Source: a bacterium (GTDB taxonomy: Bacteria > UBA8248). Taken from it: a DNA stretch of 64,000 nt. Below, in pieces: positions 31,267 through 41,048 of this stretch. The position numbers and the translations under genes are program-made. The DNA lies in contig OZ244799.1 in NCBI GenBank assembly GCA_965219955.1, positions 1,120,001-1,184,000 of the forward strand, given 5' to 3'. Positions within the stretch are counted from its first letter, which is position 1. Every line of letters begins with the position of its first letter. Below the pieces are notes generated by a model. The model made no database searches. It was not told the origin of the DNA and worked only from the letters and a program-made list of their open reading frames with translations.

Positions 31267-32160
31267 TTGAATTCGGACCTGTATTTCGACCCCCTCGTCA
31301 TCTCGCGACTGTCCAACCTCCAGTTGCGCGCCCGTCACGTGGTCGAGGGCCTGATGAGCGGCGTGCACAGGAGCCGCTCGCGGGGGTTCAGCGTCGATTT
31401 CGAGGAGCACAGGGCGTACAGCCCCGGCGACGAACTCCGGCATGTCGACTGGAAAGCGTACGGGAAATTCGACCGCTACCTCGTGAAGCAGTACGAGGAC
31501 GAGACGAACCTCTACGCGCATCTCGTCGTCGACGCCAGCGCCTCGATGGATTTCGGCGACGGCGCCCTGAGCAAATGGGCGTATGCGGCCACGCTCTCCT
31601 CGGCGATGGCGCATTTGCTGCTGGGCCAGTCCGATTCGGTGGGCCTGGTGGTTTCCCGTGAGACCGAGGACACGCTGGTTCCTACCAAATCCATCAGAAA
31701 ACACTTGCTGACCCTGCTGGCGGGCCTTCAGGCGGCGTCGCCGGACGGGGGGACCGGAATCGCCCGTTCGATGCTTGCCCTGGCGGAGCGCCTGAAGCGA
31801 AGGGGGCTCATCGTGGTCGTTTCCGATTTGCTCGATGACCCCGAAGCCGTGGAGAAAGCGCTCAAACTCCTGTGCCTCAAGGGCAACGACGTCATCGTGT
31901 TTCACATCCTCGACAGCGTGGAGCTCGAGTTCCCCTTCGAGGGGCTCGCCAGGATGGACGACGTCGAGACGGACAGGAACATCACCGTGGAATGCGAGGT
32001 GGTGAAGAGGCCCTACCTCGGGCTTCTGGAGGAATTTCTCGAGCAAACGCGGGAGCAGTGTGCGGACCTGGGGGTGGATTATCATCTCGTCTCGACGGCC
32101 GAGCCGCTGGACAGGGGCCTTATCCGTTTCCTGGCGTGGCGCAGCCGCTCGAGGGTATAG
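31267..32160 (+). CDS. DUF58 domain protein
   Basis: GVHRSRSRGFSVDFEEHRAYSPGDELRHVDWK, VKQYEDE, DASASM and VSDL. Start moved to TTG 31267. Confidence 0.93.
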   Translation: MNSDLYFDPLVISRLSNLQLRARHVVEGLMSGVHRSRSRGFSVDFEEHRAYSPGDELRHVDWKAYGKFDRYLVKQYEDETNLYAHLVVDASASMDFGDGALSKWAYAATLSSAMAHLLLGQSDSVGLVVSRETEDTLVPTKSIRKHLLTLLAGLQAASPDGGTGIARSMLALAERLKRRGLIVVVSDLLDDPEAVEKALKLLCLKGNDVIVFHILDSVELEFPFEGLARMDDVETDRNITVECEVVKRPYLGLLEEFLEQTREQCADLGVDYHLVSTAEPLDRGLIRFLAWRSRSRV

Positions 32161-32184
32161 CGGAGCGCCCGGGGAGAAGAGAAC

Positions 32185-34320
32185 TTGAGTTTTCAATTCT
32201 TGCACGCAGCGCTTCTTTGGGGGATGGGACTCGTCCTGCTTCCCGTCCTGATTCACCTGCTGCGCAGGCGCCTCGTCCGCAGATACCGCCTCCCCACCTT
32301 CGAGTTCCTGCTCAGAACGCAGCGCCGCATCACGAATCGCAGCAGGCTCAGAAACTGGATACTCCTGTTTCTCCGCGTGTGCGCCGTCGGGATCATCATC
32401 TTCCTGGCGTCGCGTCCTCTCCTCGAGACCGAGGGCGGCGTGTCGGCCGTCGGATGGTTTCCCGTCCACACGGTCGCCGTGATCGACAATTCGGCGAGCA
32501 TGGCGTTCGAGACGGGAAAGGGGAGCCGCTTCGACGTGGCCAAACGCGCCGCGAGGCGGATGATCGAGGACATGTCCGATGCGGACCGCATGAGCATCGC
32601 GGCGACCGCCGGGGATGCTGCGGCCGCCGCTCCACTCAAGGAATTGAAGCGTGAGGATGCCCTCGCCGCCCTGGAGGGGGTCCGCCAGACAGACGCCAGG
32701 GGCGCGCCCGCCCGCGTCGTTCAGCATGCGCTCGAGAACGCGTCGCCCCAGGCGGGGCGGAAAAACATCGTCGTATTCAGCGATTTCGCCAAGGGGGACT
32801 GGGAGTCGTTTCAGATTCGCAACCTCAAGCAATGGAACCCGCATGTTCATCTGCAGTTCGTGCGCGTGGCCCCCGAGGCGGGAGTGGAGGATCTGAGCCT
32901 CCGGGATGTGAAGATGAAGCCCTGGCCGCCCAAGGCGGGTTTTTCCTTCACCATCGGGGCGCGCGTTTTCAACCGGGGAGAGGAGAAGAAATCCAAAGTA
33001 CCCGTGCAGTTGTTCGTGGGCGGGGAACTGCGGGAGACGATCGAAGTGGACGTGGAGCCGGACGGGGCGAGTCCCGTGAGTTTCCGGGTGAATGCCCCTG
33101 AAAAGGGCGTGCTCAACGGGCGCATCGAGTTGCCGAAAGACAACCTTTCGGCGACGAACCGGTTCTACTTCGCGGCGGGCATCGGGAAGCGTTTGCGCGC
33201 CCTGGTGATCGATGGGGATCCCAAGCGCGGGCTCCAGGACAGCGAAACCTTTTTCATGGTCAACGCCCTGAGTGCGGCCCCTCTGGGCGGGGAATCCCCG
33301 GTGTTGACGCACGTCGTGGCGTCTTATGAGCTGGGCAACGTGCAATGGGACGAATATGACTACGTCATCGCCTGCAACGTGGGCCGCTGGCCCGGGCGGG
33401 GGGAGCAAGGCTTGAGGAGTTTCGTCGAAAAGGGCGGCGGCCTTCTCTGGGCCACGGGCGAACTGTCGAGCGACAAGGCCGCGGGGCTCGGCTGGCTTCC
33501 GGCCACGCCGGGAGAGCCCGTAACGCTGCGCCCGTCCCAAAGCCTCAAGATCGCGCAGGGCGAGGAGTCGCACCCGGCGTTCTCTTTGCTGGGGGCGTAC
33601 GGGGGGCGGTTTTTCTCCGCCTTGCGCCTGGCGAGGGTTACGCCGCTCCAGCCGGCGAGAGGTGGACGGGCTTTGCTGGAGCTTCCCGACGGCACGCCCC
33701 TCCTGGTGGTCGGCTCGGTCGGCTCGGGCCAGGTGATGGTATGGGGCTCCACGTGTGATCGGGACTGGACGGACCTTGCCGTGCGGCCCGTTTTCGTTCC
33801 GCTCATCAGAGGGATTTCCGATTATTTGGGAGGCACCAGAAAGGGCGTTTCCTCATCCGCGGACGCAGGCGACGCATTCGAAATCAGGGCGCCCATCCGG
33901 CGCGTCGGGGAGGCGATACAGATACGCGGGCCGGTAGGGGAAGAAAGTGCGCTTCAATTCATGGAGAAGACCCCCGGCCTCGAAGACGCGCCCGCCGACG
34001 GGCTCAGGCTGGGCAAGGCGGGAAGCGCCGGCGCCGTCGCCTACTACCGCGACGCCTACCGCGCGGGTTTCTACCGCGTGCTCACGCCCGATGAGAAACA
34101 TTTCGTGGCCGTGAACGCGCCAGCATCGGAAGCGAACGTTTCTCCCGTGGAGATGAGCACGCTCAAGGAAAAACTCGAGAAACTCGACGTGCGCGATTTG
34201 CCTGCGGACGACTCGGATCCGCTGCGCTCTATCTTGAGTCTCATCGACCTGGGCGCGCTCTTGTTTCTCGCACTGGGAGGGATATTCGTCGCCGAGGCGT
34301 TCCTGGCGGACAGGACCTGA
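32185..34320 (+). CDS. BatA-domain / vWA membrane protein
   Basis: LPVLIHLL...FLL...LLFLR BatA N-terminus, IDNSASM and FSD MIDAS motifs, FVEKGGGLL, WTDL...FVP, and C-terminal TM. Confidence 0.88.
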   Translation: MSFQFLHAALLWGMGLVLLPVLIHLLRRRLVRRYRLPTFEFLLRTQRRITNRSRLRNWILLFLRVCAVGIIIFLASRPLLETEGGVSAVGWFPVHTVAVIDNSASMAFETGKGSRFDVAKRAARRMIEDMSDADRMSIAATAGDAAAAAPLKELKREDALAALEGVRQTDARGAPARVVQHALENASPQAGRKNIVVFSDFAKGDWESFQIRNLKQWNPHVHLQFVRVAPEAGVEDLSLRDVKMKPWPPKAGFSFTIGARVFNRGEEKKSKVPVQLFVGGELRETIEVDVEPDGASPVSFRVNAPEKGVLNGRIELPKDNLSATNRFYFAAGIGKRLRALVIDGDPKRGLQDSETFFMVNALSAAPLGGESPVLTHVVASYELGNVQWDEYDYVIACNVGRWPGRGEQGLRSFVEKGGGLLWATGELSSDKAAGLGWLPATPGEPVTLRPSQSLKIAQGEESHPAFSLLGAYGGRFFSALRLARVTPLQPARGGRALLELPDGTPLLVVGSVGSGQVMVWGSTCDRDWTDLAVRPVFVPLIRGISDYLGGTRKGVSSSADAGDAFEIRAPIRRVGEAIQIRGPVGEESALQFMEKTPGLEDAPADGLRLGKAGSAGAVAYYRDAYRAGFYRVLTPDEKHFVAVNAPASEANVSPVEMSTLKEKLEKLDVRDLPADDSDPLRSILSLIDLGALLFLALGGIFVAEAFLADRT

Positions 34321-34655
34321 AGGGCGCCGGAGATTTTCCGTGATTTCGCTTACCGGACTCGAATCATAACTGCTGATTGATTTGCGTGGTCCCGTGCCGC
34401 TCCACCCCAATCGGGGCGGAGCGGCTCGGGCGGACGGGACCACTGGAGCTTATCCTTGGAACAATATGATTTTGAAGGCGATAGGTCGCCTGCCCTTTCT
34501 ATGGTCCATTTTCCCATAAAAGCGGACATTATATCAAGCCCAAAATGCCTGAAGCGCGAGGTAGCCGCTTTTTCATAAGCGCTTATGTGGTAATATATGG
34601 AGTAACCTCTCGAAAATATTATGCAAACTATTGATATTTGGAGGCTAATATCGTT

Positions 34656-35492
34656 ATGAGCATATCCCGGAGTGAGATCGTGGCTCGCCTGCGGGCCGAG
34701 AGGGACGCAGGACGCGCCGTCTACGACGCGCTGTGCGGAAGCGGCATCACGGCGAAATTCGCCGCGCGCGGCGGAGCGGACCTCGTCACCACCTTCAACC
34801 TCGCCTACTACCGGATGCAGGGCCTGAGCTCCATGGCGGGCTATCTGCCCATCGGAGACGCGAACGCCATCACGCTCGAACTGGGCGAGCGCTCCATCCT
34901 GAGCGTGGTGAGGGAATGCCCCGTGGTCGCGGGCCTGCTGGGCGCGGATCCCACAAGGGACATGTTCAGGTTCGTCGACAGAATCGAGGCGGCGGGCTTC
35001 CACGGGGTGATGAACTGCCCCACCGTCGCTCTTATTGACGGGAATTTCAGAAAAGACCTGGAAGAAACCGGCATGGGGTTCTCGAAAGAAGTCGACGTTC
35101 TGGGGTACGCGAGCGGGAAGGACATGTTCACCAAGGCCTTTACGACCACGCCGGATGAGGCCCTCGCCATGGCGGAGGCGGGCGTGGACAACATCATCAT
35201 CCATTTCGGGAACAGTTCGGGCGGCTCCATCGGCTCGAAAACGGTGATGCCGCTCGATGAGGCGGCCCAGCGGGCGGCGGCCATATTCGACGCCCTGTTG
35301 CCGAAATACGGGGAGAGAATCTTCACCTGCCATGGGGGCGCGATAGAGACGCCCGCCGACTTCGAGCGGCTCCTCGACCTGGAGAGCCGCTTCGACGGCT
35401 ACGTGGGCGGTTCCTCCGCCGAACGTTTTCCGGTGGAGGAGGCCGTGCCCAGGGCGTCGCAGGGCTTCAAGTCGGTGAGGCTTCGGAAATAG
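34656..35492 (+). CDS. Phosphoenolpyruvate-hydrolase-like TIM-barrel protein
   Basis: GSGITAKFAARGGAD, YRMQGLSSMAGYLPIGDAN, PTVALIDG, CHGG and GGSSAERFP. Confidence 0.9.
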   Translation: MSISRSEIVARLRAERDAGRAVYDALCGSGITAKFAARGGADLVTTFNLAYYRMQGLSSMAGYLPIGDANAITLELGERSILSVVRECPVVAGLLGADPTRDMFRFVDRIEAAGFHGVMNCPTVALIDGNFRKDLEETGMGFSKEVDVLGYASGKDMFTKAFTTTPDEALAMAEAGVDNIIIHFGNSSGGSIGSKTVMPLDEAAQRAAAIFDALLPKYGERIFTCHGGAIETPADFERLLDLESRFDGYVGGSSAERFPVEEAVPRASQGFKSVRLRK

Positions 35493-35588
35493 AACCCGGG
35501 CGTAATTTTTGGAATTACATGCCTGATTCGCAATGCCCTCATCAGGAGGGACTGGTTCGGTTTATGGAGGCGACCGGGAAGGGACTTT

Positions 35589-35794
35589 ACTCCCCCTCGA
35601 GGGGGCCTGTTGAAAAAGTCCTCCGCGAGAAGGGAGGGAATCCCGATCATCGAATTGTTTGCCGTAGGGACAGGCCTCCGTGCCTGTCCTGATTCGAACC
35701 ATCCTGCAAAAGGACAACCACGGAGGGTTGTCCCTACTACAACCACAACACCGACTGACGAGGGTTTTTTCAACAGCCCCTCAAGGGGGGAGTG
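35589..35794. mobile_element. MITE-like element within a CCCCCTCAAGGGGG palindrome
   Basis: ACTCCCCC-TCGA-GGGGGCCTGTTGAAAAAG...TTTTTCAACAGCCCC-TCAA-GGGGGGAGT, with internal GTAG REPs. Confidence 0.72.
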
Positions 35795-36024
35795 ATTAAG
35801 GACTGGCGGGTGTGGCGTAGTGGCATCTCCGAGAAGTCGTTGCGGGACGGTCCCGAGGAGGGCAGGAGAATCTCAAAGGATTGTCCTGCTGCGAAATGTG
35901 ATCAAACCCGACCGATGAGGGGCCGTTGGAAAAGCCCCCCTGACAAGGGGGTTGGGAGGTTGGCTGGTCAAAGATATAATTCCCCTGATTTTTCAGAAGG
36001 TCGATTTTGTCGGGCAAGGAGAAA

Positions 36025-37269
36025 ATGTCGAATCCGGGTGTAGCCGTATTGGTGACGATGGACAGCAAGGGTGCGGAGGCGCGCTTTCTGGCGGATGTGC
36101 TCGCGGAAGCGGGCGTGTATCCCCTTCTGGTGGATTTGTCCTGCAAGCCGCATGAGACGGGCGGCGCGGACATCGGCGGGGAGGAAATAGCCGCCGCTGC
36201 GGGACGGCGTTGGGAAGAGTTGGCCGGGATGGAGAGAAACGCCGCCTCGGAAATCATGATGGAGGGCGGCAGGCGGGTTGTGGCCGAAAAATTTCAGGAG
36301 GGTGAGATACGCGGCGCGGTCGGCCTCGGCGGGGCGAACGGGACCTCGATGGCCTGCGCCATCATGCGCGCGCTGCCGCCACTCGCGCCCAAGGTGATGG
36401 TGAGCGTCGTCGCCGCCACGGCGGCCGTGCAGTGGTACGTGGCCGAGAGCGACATCATGATGTTTCCCGCCATCGGCGACTTCACCCTGAACCGCATCAC
36501 GCGCGGCGTGCTCACGAACGCCGCCCTCGCCCTCGCGGGCATGGTGAAGCGAGAGGGGGCGCCGAAAGATGGGGGCAGCGCCTCTCCGCCCCTCATCGGG
36601 GTGTCTTCTTTCGGAGGCACGGCGGCCTGCGTCGAACGGGTGGAGAGGAGACTCACCGAGGCGGGTTATGAGGTCATCTTCTTTCACGCTTCGGGGCCCG
36701 GCGGGCGAGCGCTCGAGTCCCTGGCCGGGCTTGGCGAGCTGGCCGGGGTGGTGGACGTCACCACGCACGAGCTCACGGATTTGCTGGTGGACGGCGTCTA
36801 CAGCGCGGGCGCGGGGAGGCTCGAGGCTGCGGGTGCTGCGGGGGTTCCCCAGGTCGTGGTGCCGGGCGCGCTCGACCACGCGAATTTCTGGACGGGGCAG
36901 GTGCCCGGGAAATATCAAAAAAGAGCGTTCTTCCAGTACAACGCCCAGAATCTCCTCATGCGCACGAACCGGGAGGAGTTCGAAGCCCTGGGCGTTCTGA
37001 TGGCGGAAAAGCTGAACCGCGCCAAAGGGCCTCTGTCGGTTCTGGTACCCACGCGAGGCTACAGCGAACACACGAAACGAAAAGCCCACGACCTGGAAGG
37101 GCGCGATGCGGGCGATTGGCGCCAGCCCGAGGTGGACGCCGCCTTTGAGGCCTCGCTCAGGGAACACCTGAAGACGGGGGAGATCGTCGCGCTCGATATG
37201 CACATCAACGACCCGGCTTTCGCCGATGCGTGCGCGGAGAAGATGATTCAGTTGCTGGCGCGGGGATGA
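36025..37269 (+). CDS. Tm-1-like ATP-binding domain protein (UPF0261)
   Basis: TMDSKGAE, GLGGANGT, PKVMVS, FHASGPGGRALE, DVTTHE, PGALD and HINDPAFA. Confidence 0.9.
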   Translation: MSNPGVAVLVTMDSKGAEARFLADVLAEAGVYPLLVDLSCKPHETGGADIGGEEIAAAAGRRWEELAGMERNAASEIMMEGGRRVVAEKFQEGEIRGAVGLGGANGTSMACAIMRALPPLAPKVMVSVVAATAAVQWYVAESDIMMFPAIGDFTLNRITRGVLTNAALALAGMVKREGAPKDGGSASPPLIGVSSFGGTAACVERVERRLTEAGYEVIFFHASGPGGRALESLAGLGELAGVVDVTTHELTDLLVDGVYSAGAGRLEAAGAAGVPQVVVPGALDHANFWTGQVPGKYQKRAFFQYNAQNLLMRTNREEFEALGVLMAEKLNRAKGPLSVLVPTRGYSEHTKRKAHDLEGRDAGDWRQPEVDAAFEASLREHLKTGEIVALDMHINDPAFADACAEKMIQLLARG

Positions 37270-37378
37270 GGGCTCGGAGGCCGCGTAATCTTCAATCTAT
37301 CCTTCTCATGCAGCAGTGTCGAAGCCGCGTGTCGAAGTTTGAGGAGAAAATAGAAATCCTTTGGTTTTTCGATGGCGG

Positions 37379-37786
37379 TTAGTCATTTCCGGGGTGTTCT
37401 GTGCTTTGCAAGCGCCGTCGAACTTCTTCGAGTAACGCTTCCGCGTGCCGGACGGCTGTGGCTCGGTCGAGAGGCATCGCGCTGGGATCGCCGGCGCCGT
37501 AGCGAAATTGAACGGCATACGAGGTGTATTCCACCAATCCATCGAACCGTGCGGCCTCCGCGTCGTGCTCTTTCAACATATTTATCAGCCGCGACAGATC
37601 GTGGGTAGGCGGATACGTCTTCCCATGTAGAGCAAGCAGGGCCTTGAGCGACTTCTCCAACGCCTGTTGCACATGAAAGCCGAATATCTCGTCGGCGAAA
37701 ATGGTTGCGTCTCCCATGCCGCAAAGGGCGGAATAATCCCGTTCCGCCGCCTCCAGGAGCACGCGAGCCTGTTTAGGATCGCTCAT
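37379..37786 (-). CDS. HEPN domain protein
   Basis: FHVQQALEKSLKALL, PTHDL and QFRY. Overlaps the upstream MNT gene. Confidence 0.88.
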   Translation of the reverse strand: MSDPKQARVLLEAAERDYSALCGMGDATIFADEIFGFHVQQALEKSLKALLALHGKTYPPTHDLSRLINMLKEHDAEAARFDGLVEYTSYAVQFRYGAGDPSAMPLDRATAVRHAEALLEEVRRRLQSTEHPGND

Positions 37787-38108
37787 AGAGCACTTCGCCT
37801 TCGCGCAGGGCGCGCGCCAGGACGTGGTTCAAGGAGTCGCGCCAGTACTCCACTTCATCGCTACTGAAGAGCAAAATATCCTTGGAAACGTCGAAACCCG
37901 CCAGCGCGCGCCAAAGCCGCGTCGTTTCGGAGCGTCTGTCCCGCCCCTCCTTAAAGGGGGCGGCTTCCACAACCACGAAATCCACGTCGGAATCCGCCCC
38001 CGCGTCGCCACGTGCGCGTGAGCCGAAGAGGATCACCTGCTCGGGATCGACCTCATCCACGATGGTCTTCACCATCCGCCGTAGAAGCGCGTCGTCTACT
38101 CGCGTCAT
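37773..38108 (-). CDS. Minimal nucleotidyltransferase (MNT)
   Basis: ILFGSRARGDAGADSDVDFVVV and EGEVLYE. Confidence 0.9.
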   Translation of the reverse strand: MTRVDDALLRRMVKTIVDEVDPEQVILFGSRARGDAGADSDVDFVVVEAAPFKEGRDRRSETTRLWRALAGFDVSKDILLFSSDEVEYWRDSLNHVLARALREGEVLYERS

Positions 38109-38372
38109 GGTTCAGGACTCCCTCCGTTTCCGTAAGGCCGCAGCCGGGCGATACGCCGCTATTATAAGCGCGGGTGAAGTTCGCGTCATCATCCTGGACG
38201 AAGAGGGGAGCCGTCGCCTTCACCGCCTGGAGCAGTGGCGAAGCCGCGCATCGAGGGGCCGCGGCCCGTTTGCCTCGAAACCCCGGCGCGGGGAGTCTTT
38301 TGCCCTCAAATGTTTTAAGATGCGCCCGTAAATTTTTTCTTTACAAATCATAGGCGCGAAAGGACGATGCAG

Positions 38373-40097
38373 ATGGCGGGAAACATCGCGGAAGAACGCC
38401 ACGAGACCGACGTGTTGATCGTGGGCGGGGGCGCGGCGGGTACGATGGCCGCCTTCGAATGCGCGCAGGCCGGCGTGAGCGTCATCCAGGCCACCAAGGG
38501 CCGCGCTACGAGCGGCACGACGACCGTGGCGCGGGGCGGATTCGCCGCGGCCATGGCGCCGGGCGACAGCCCCGAGCTTCACCTGCAGGAAATCCTCAAA
38601 TACGGCGGCGAGCTCATCGACCCCGAACTGGCGAGAACCTGGGTGTACGACATCATCGACGTCGTGCGCGACATGCGCGAGTGGGGCGCGGAGTTCATCA
38701 CCGACGATGAGGGCGACCTCGACCTCAAGATGTTCCCGAGCCACACCTATCCCCGCGCCCTGCACCACCACGACACCACGGGCAACATGGTCACGAAAGT
38801 GCTCTCGAAGAGACTCAGGGGCGACGCCCGCATCGGCCAGCATCCCCACGTGGCGGTCGTGGACCTCATCACCGAAGGTGGCCGCGTCATCGGCGCGTGG
38901 GGGGTGGACTACTCGCGAGGGTGTCTGATGGTGTACGCCGCGCGCGAGGTGATTCTCGCCACGGGAGGCGGGAGCGGCCTTTTCTACGTGAACGACAACC
39001 CCCCGCAGGTGACGGGCGACGGCTACGTGCTGGGCTTTCGGGCGGGCGCCGCACTCCTGGGCATCGAGATGATCGACTTTCAGGCCATGTGCTGCGCGCC
39101 CGAGGAGTTGTTCGGCTTCGCGCCCCATCCCACCGGCTTCATCAACGCGGGCGCCATATTCCTGAACCAGGAGGGCGAGGCGTTCCTGAAGCGCTATTTC
39201 CCCGACACGGCGGAAAAAAGCACGCGCAGCGAGGTCATCCTCGCCATGGCGAAGGAAATCCACGCAGGGCGGGCGGGCCTCACGGGCGGCATCTACATGG
39301 ACGCGACGAAAATCCCCATGGAGACCATCCAGAAGCAGATCCCCCACGTATATAAAACATGCCTCTCGCGCGGCATCGACATCACCAAAACACCGCTGGA
39401 AGTCGCGCCGGGCAGCCACACCTGGCTCGGCGGTCTGGAAATCGACGTTAACGGGAAAACGCGCGTGCCGGGCCTCTGGGCCGCGGGCGAGACGGGGGGC
39501 GGCATCCACGGCGGCAACCGCATCGGCGGCTCGGCGCTTTCGGCCTCTCTGGTCTACGGAAGGCGCGCCGGGCGGGCGGTTTCTGAAGGGGTGAGAGAGA
39601 GTGGGCGGGACGAGCCGGCTGTATTCGGCGGCATTCCCGACGCGGAGCGCGCCTGGCTCGAAGCGCTCATCGACCGCGAGGAGGGCCCGCTGCAAAAGGA
39701 CGTGCGCATGCGCTGCCGGATGCTCGCGCACGAGAAGCTCGGCCCCATACGAGACGCCGGGGGCTGCCGGTACGCGCTGGAAGAATATGCGCGCATCGAG
39801 AACGAGGATATCCCGGAAATGCGGCTGGATGACGGCGCGCGGGCCTCTGAGAAGACGAAAGGCCAGGAACTCGAAAGCGCGCTATCCGTCCGGAACCTGG
39901 CGCTTCTGGGGAAACTCCTCGCCACCGCCGCCCTGAACAGGAAAGAGAGCCGGGGGGCGCATTTCCGGCTGGATTATCCCGAGACGGACGAGGCGGACTG
40001 CAGTTTCGTCACGCGCCTTACGCACGGGGCGGACGGCGGGATTTCATTCGATACGGACCCGCTCAAGACATATACGCCCGCATCGGCCCTGGAATAG
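38373..40097 (+). CDS. FAD-dependent oxidoreductase of the SdhA/FrdA/NadB flavoprotein family
   Basis: GGGAAG, LATGG, TGDG, AAGE, HGGNRIGG and ESRGAHFRLDYP. Confidence 0.9.
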   Translation: MAGNIAEERHETDVLIVGGGAAGTMAAFECAQAGVSVIQATKGRATSGTTTVARGGFAAAMAPGDSPELHLQEILKYGGELIDPELARTWVYDIIDVVRDMREWGAEFITDDEGDLDLKMFPSHTYPRALHHHDTTGNMVTKVLSKRLRGDARIGQHPHVAVVDLITEGGRVIGAWGVDYSRGCLMVYAAREVILATGGGSGLFYVNDNPPQVTGDGYVLGFRAGAALLGIEMIDFQAMCCAPEELFGFAPHPTGFINAGAIFLNQEGEAFLKRYFPDTAEKSTRSEVILAMAKEIHAGRAGLTGGIYMDATKIPMETIQKQIPHVYKTCLSRGIDITKTPLEVAPGSHTWLGGLEIDVNGKTRVPGLWAAGETGGGIHGGNRIGGSALSASLVYGRRAGRAVSEGVRESGRDEPAVFGGIPDAERAWLEALIDREEGPLQKDVRMRCRMLAHEKLGPIRDAGGCRYALEEYARIENEDIPEMRLDDGARASEKTKGQELESALSVRNLALLGKLLATAALNRKESRGAHFRLDYPETDEADCSFVTRLTHGADGGISFDTDPLKTYTPASALE

Positions 40098-40132
40098 ACG
40101 GCGGCAGCTGCGGGAAGGAGAGGAACCAGGAT

Positions 40133-41023
40133 ATGGCGCAAGTGAAAGTAGGCGTGGTGGGGTTGGGGAACATGGGGCGCGGCGTCGCGGGTAATCTGCA
40201 CAAGGCGAAAATCCCCCTGATGGTGTGGGACGTGGCGCCCGAGGCGCGAAAGCCGTGGGAGAGAAAACGGGGCGTGGACGTGCTCGAGCCGGGCGAGATG
40301 GCCGCGCAGGCGGGCGTCATCATCTTCGTGGTCCCCGGCTCGCCGGAAATCGAGGAAGCCCTCAAGGGAAGAGGGGGCGTTCTGGCGAACGCGCGAAAGA
40401 ATCTGGTGATCTATGACTTCACGAGTTCGGACCCCGCGGTGAGCCGCAAGATCGCCCGCCGCGCGAAGGCGAAAGGGGTGGCGTTCTTGGACGCCGGCAT
40501 GAGCGGGGGCGCTACGGGCGCCGCGGCAGGCACGCTCACGCTCATGATAGGCGGGGATGAGCGGGCGTATCGCCGCACGAAGCGTTTTCTGGCCCCCATC
40601 GCCGACAACCTCTTCCATCTGGGCGAGAGCGGCGCGGGCCACGCCATGAAGCTTATCCACAACATGGTCTGCCACTCCATCTTCATGGCGACCTGCGAGG
40701 GGGGAAAGATCGCGGAGCGGGTGGGCCTCAAGGTCGAGGACATGATCGACGTGTTCAACGTCTCGAACGCGCGGAGCTACGCGAGCCAGTTCCGCTTTCC
40801 CAAGCATATCTTGTCTGAAAAATGGGACGGCAAATCGCGCGTCTACAACATGATAAAAGACGTCGGCATGGCCGTGGAGATGGGCAGGAAGCACAGGGCG
40901 CGGACGGTGCACGGGGAGGCCACGCTCGAGTTTCTGGAGAAAGCCGTCAAGCGCGGGATGATCGAAAAAGATTTCACCTTGTTGTATCGTGATTACGAGA
41001 AGGTTTCGAAGACGAACTTGTAG
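40133..41023 (+). CDS. NAD(P)-dependent beta-hydroxyacid dehydrogenase (3-hydroxyisobutyrate dehydrogenase family)
   Basis: GLGNMG, DAGMSGG, GTLTLMIGG, GHAMKLIHN and KD. Confidence 0.9.
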   Translation: MAQVKVGVVGLGNMGRGVAGNLHKAKIPLMVWDVAPEARKPWERKRGVDVLEPGEMAAQAGVIIFVVPGSPEIEEALKGRGGVLANARKNLVIYDFTSSDPAVSRKIARRAKAKGVAFLDAGMSGGATGAAAGTLTLMIGGDERAYRRTKRFLAPIADNLFHLGESGAGHAMKLIHNMVCHSIFMATCEGGKIAERVGLKVEDMIDVFNVSNARSYASQFRFPKHILSEKWDGKSRVYNMIKDVGMAVEMGRKHRARTVHGEATLEFLEKAVKRGMIEKDFTLLYRDYEKVSKTNL

Positions 41024-41048
41024 ATTCGGCCGCGACAGGAGTATTCCG

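Noticed and set aside
21384-33573. Very long antisense ORFs (1025, 723 and 773 aa) and similar shadow ORFs elsewhere
   Set aside because: They lie opposite well-supported genes, have no recognisable motifs, and are expected from high-GC codon bias.
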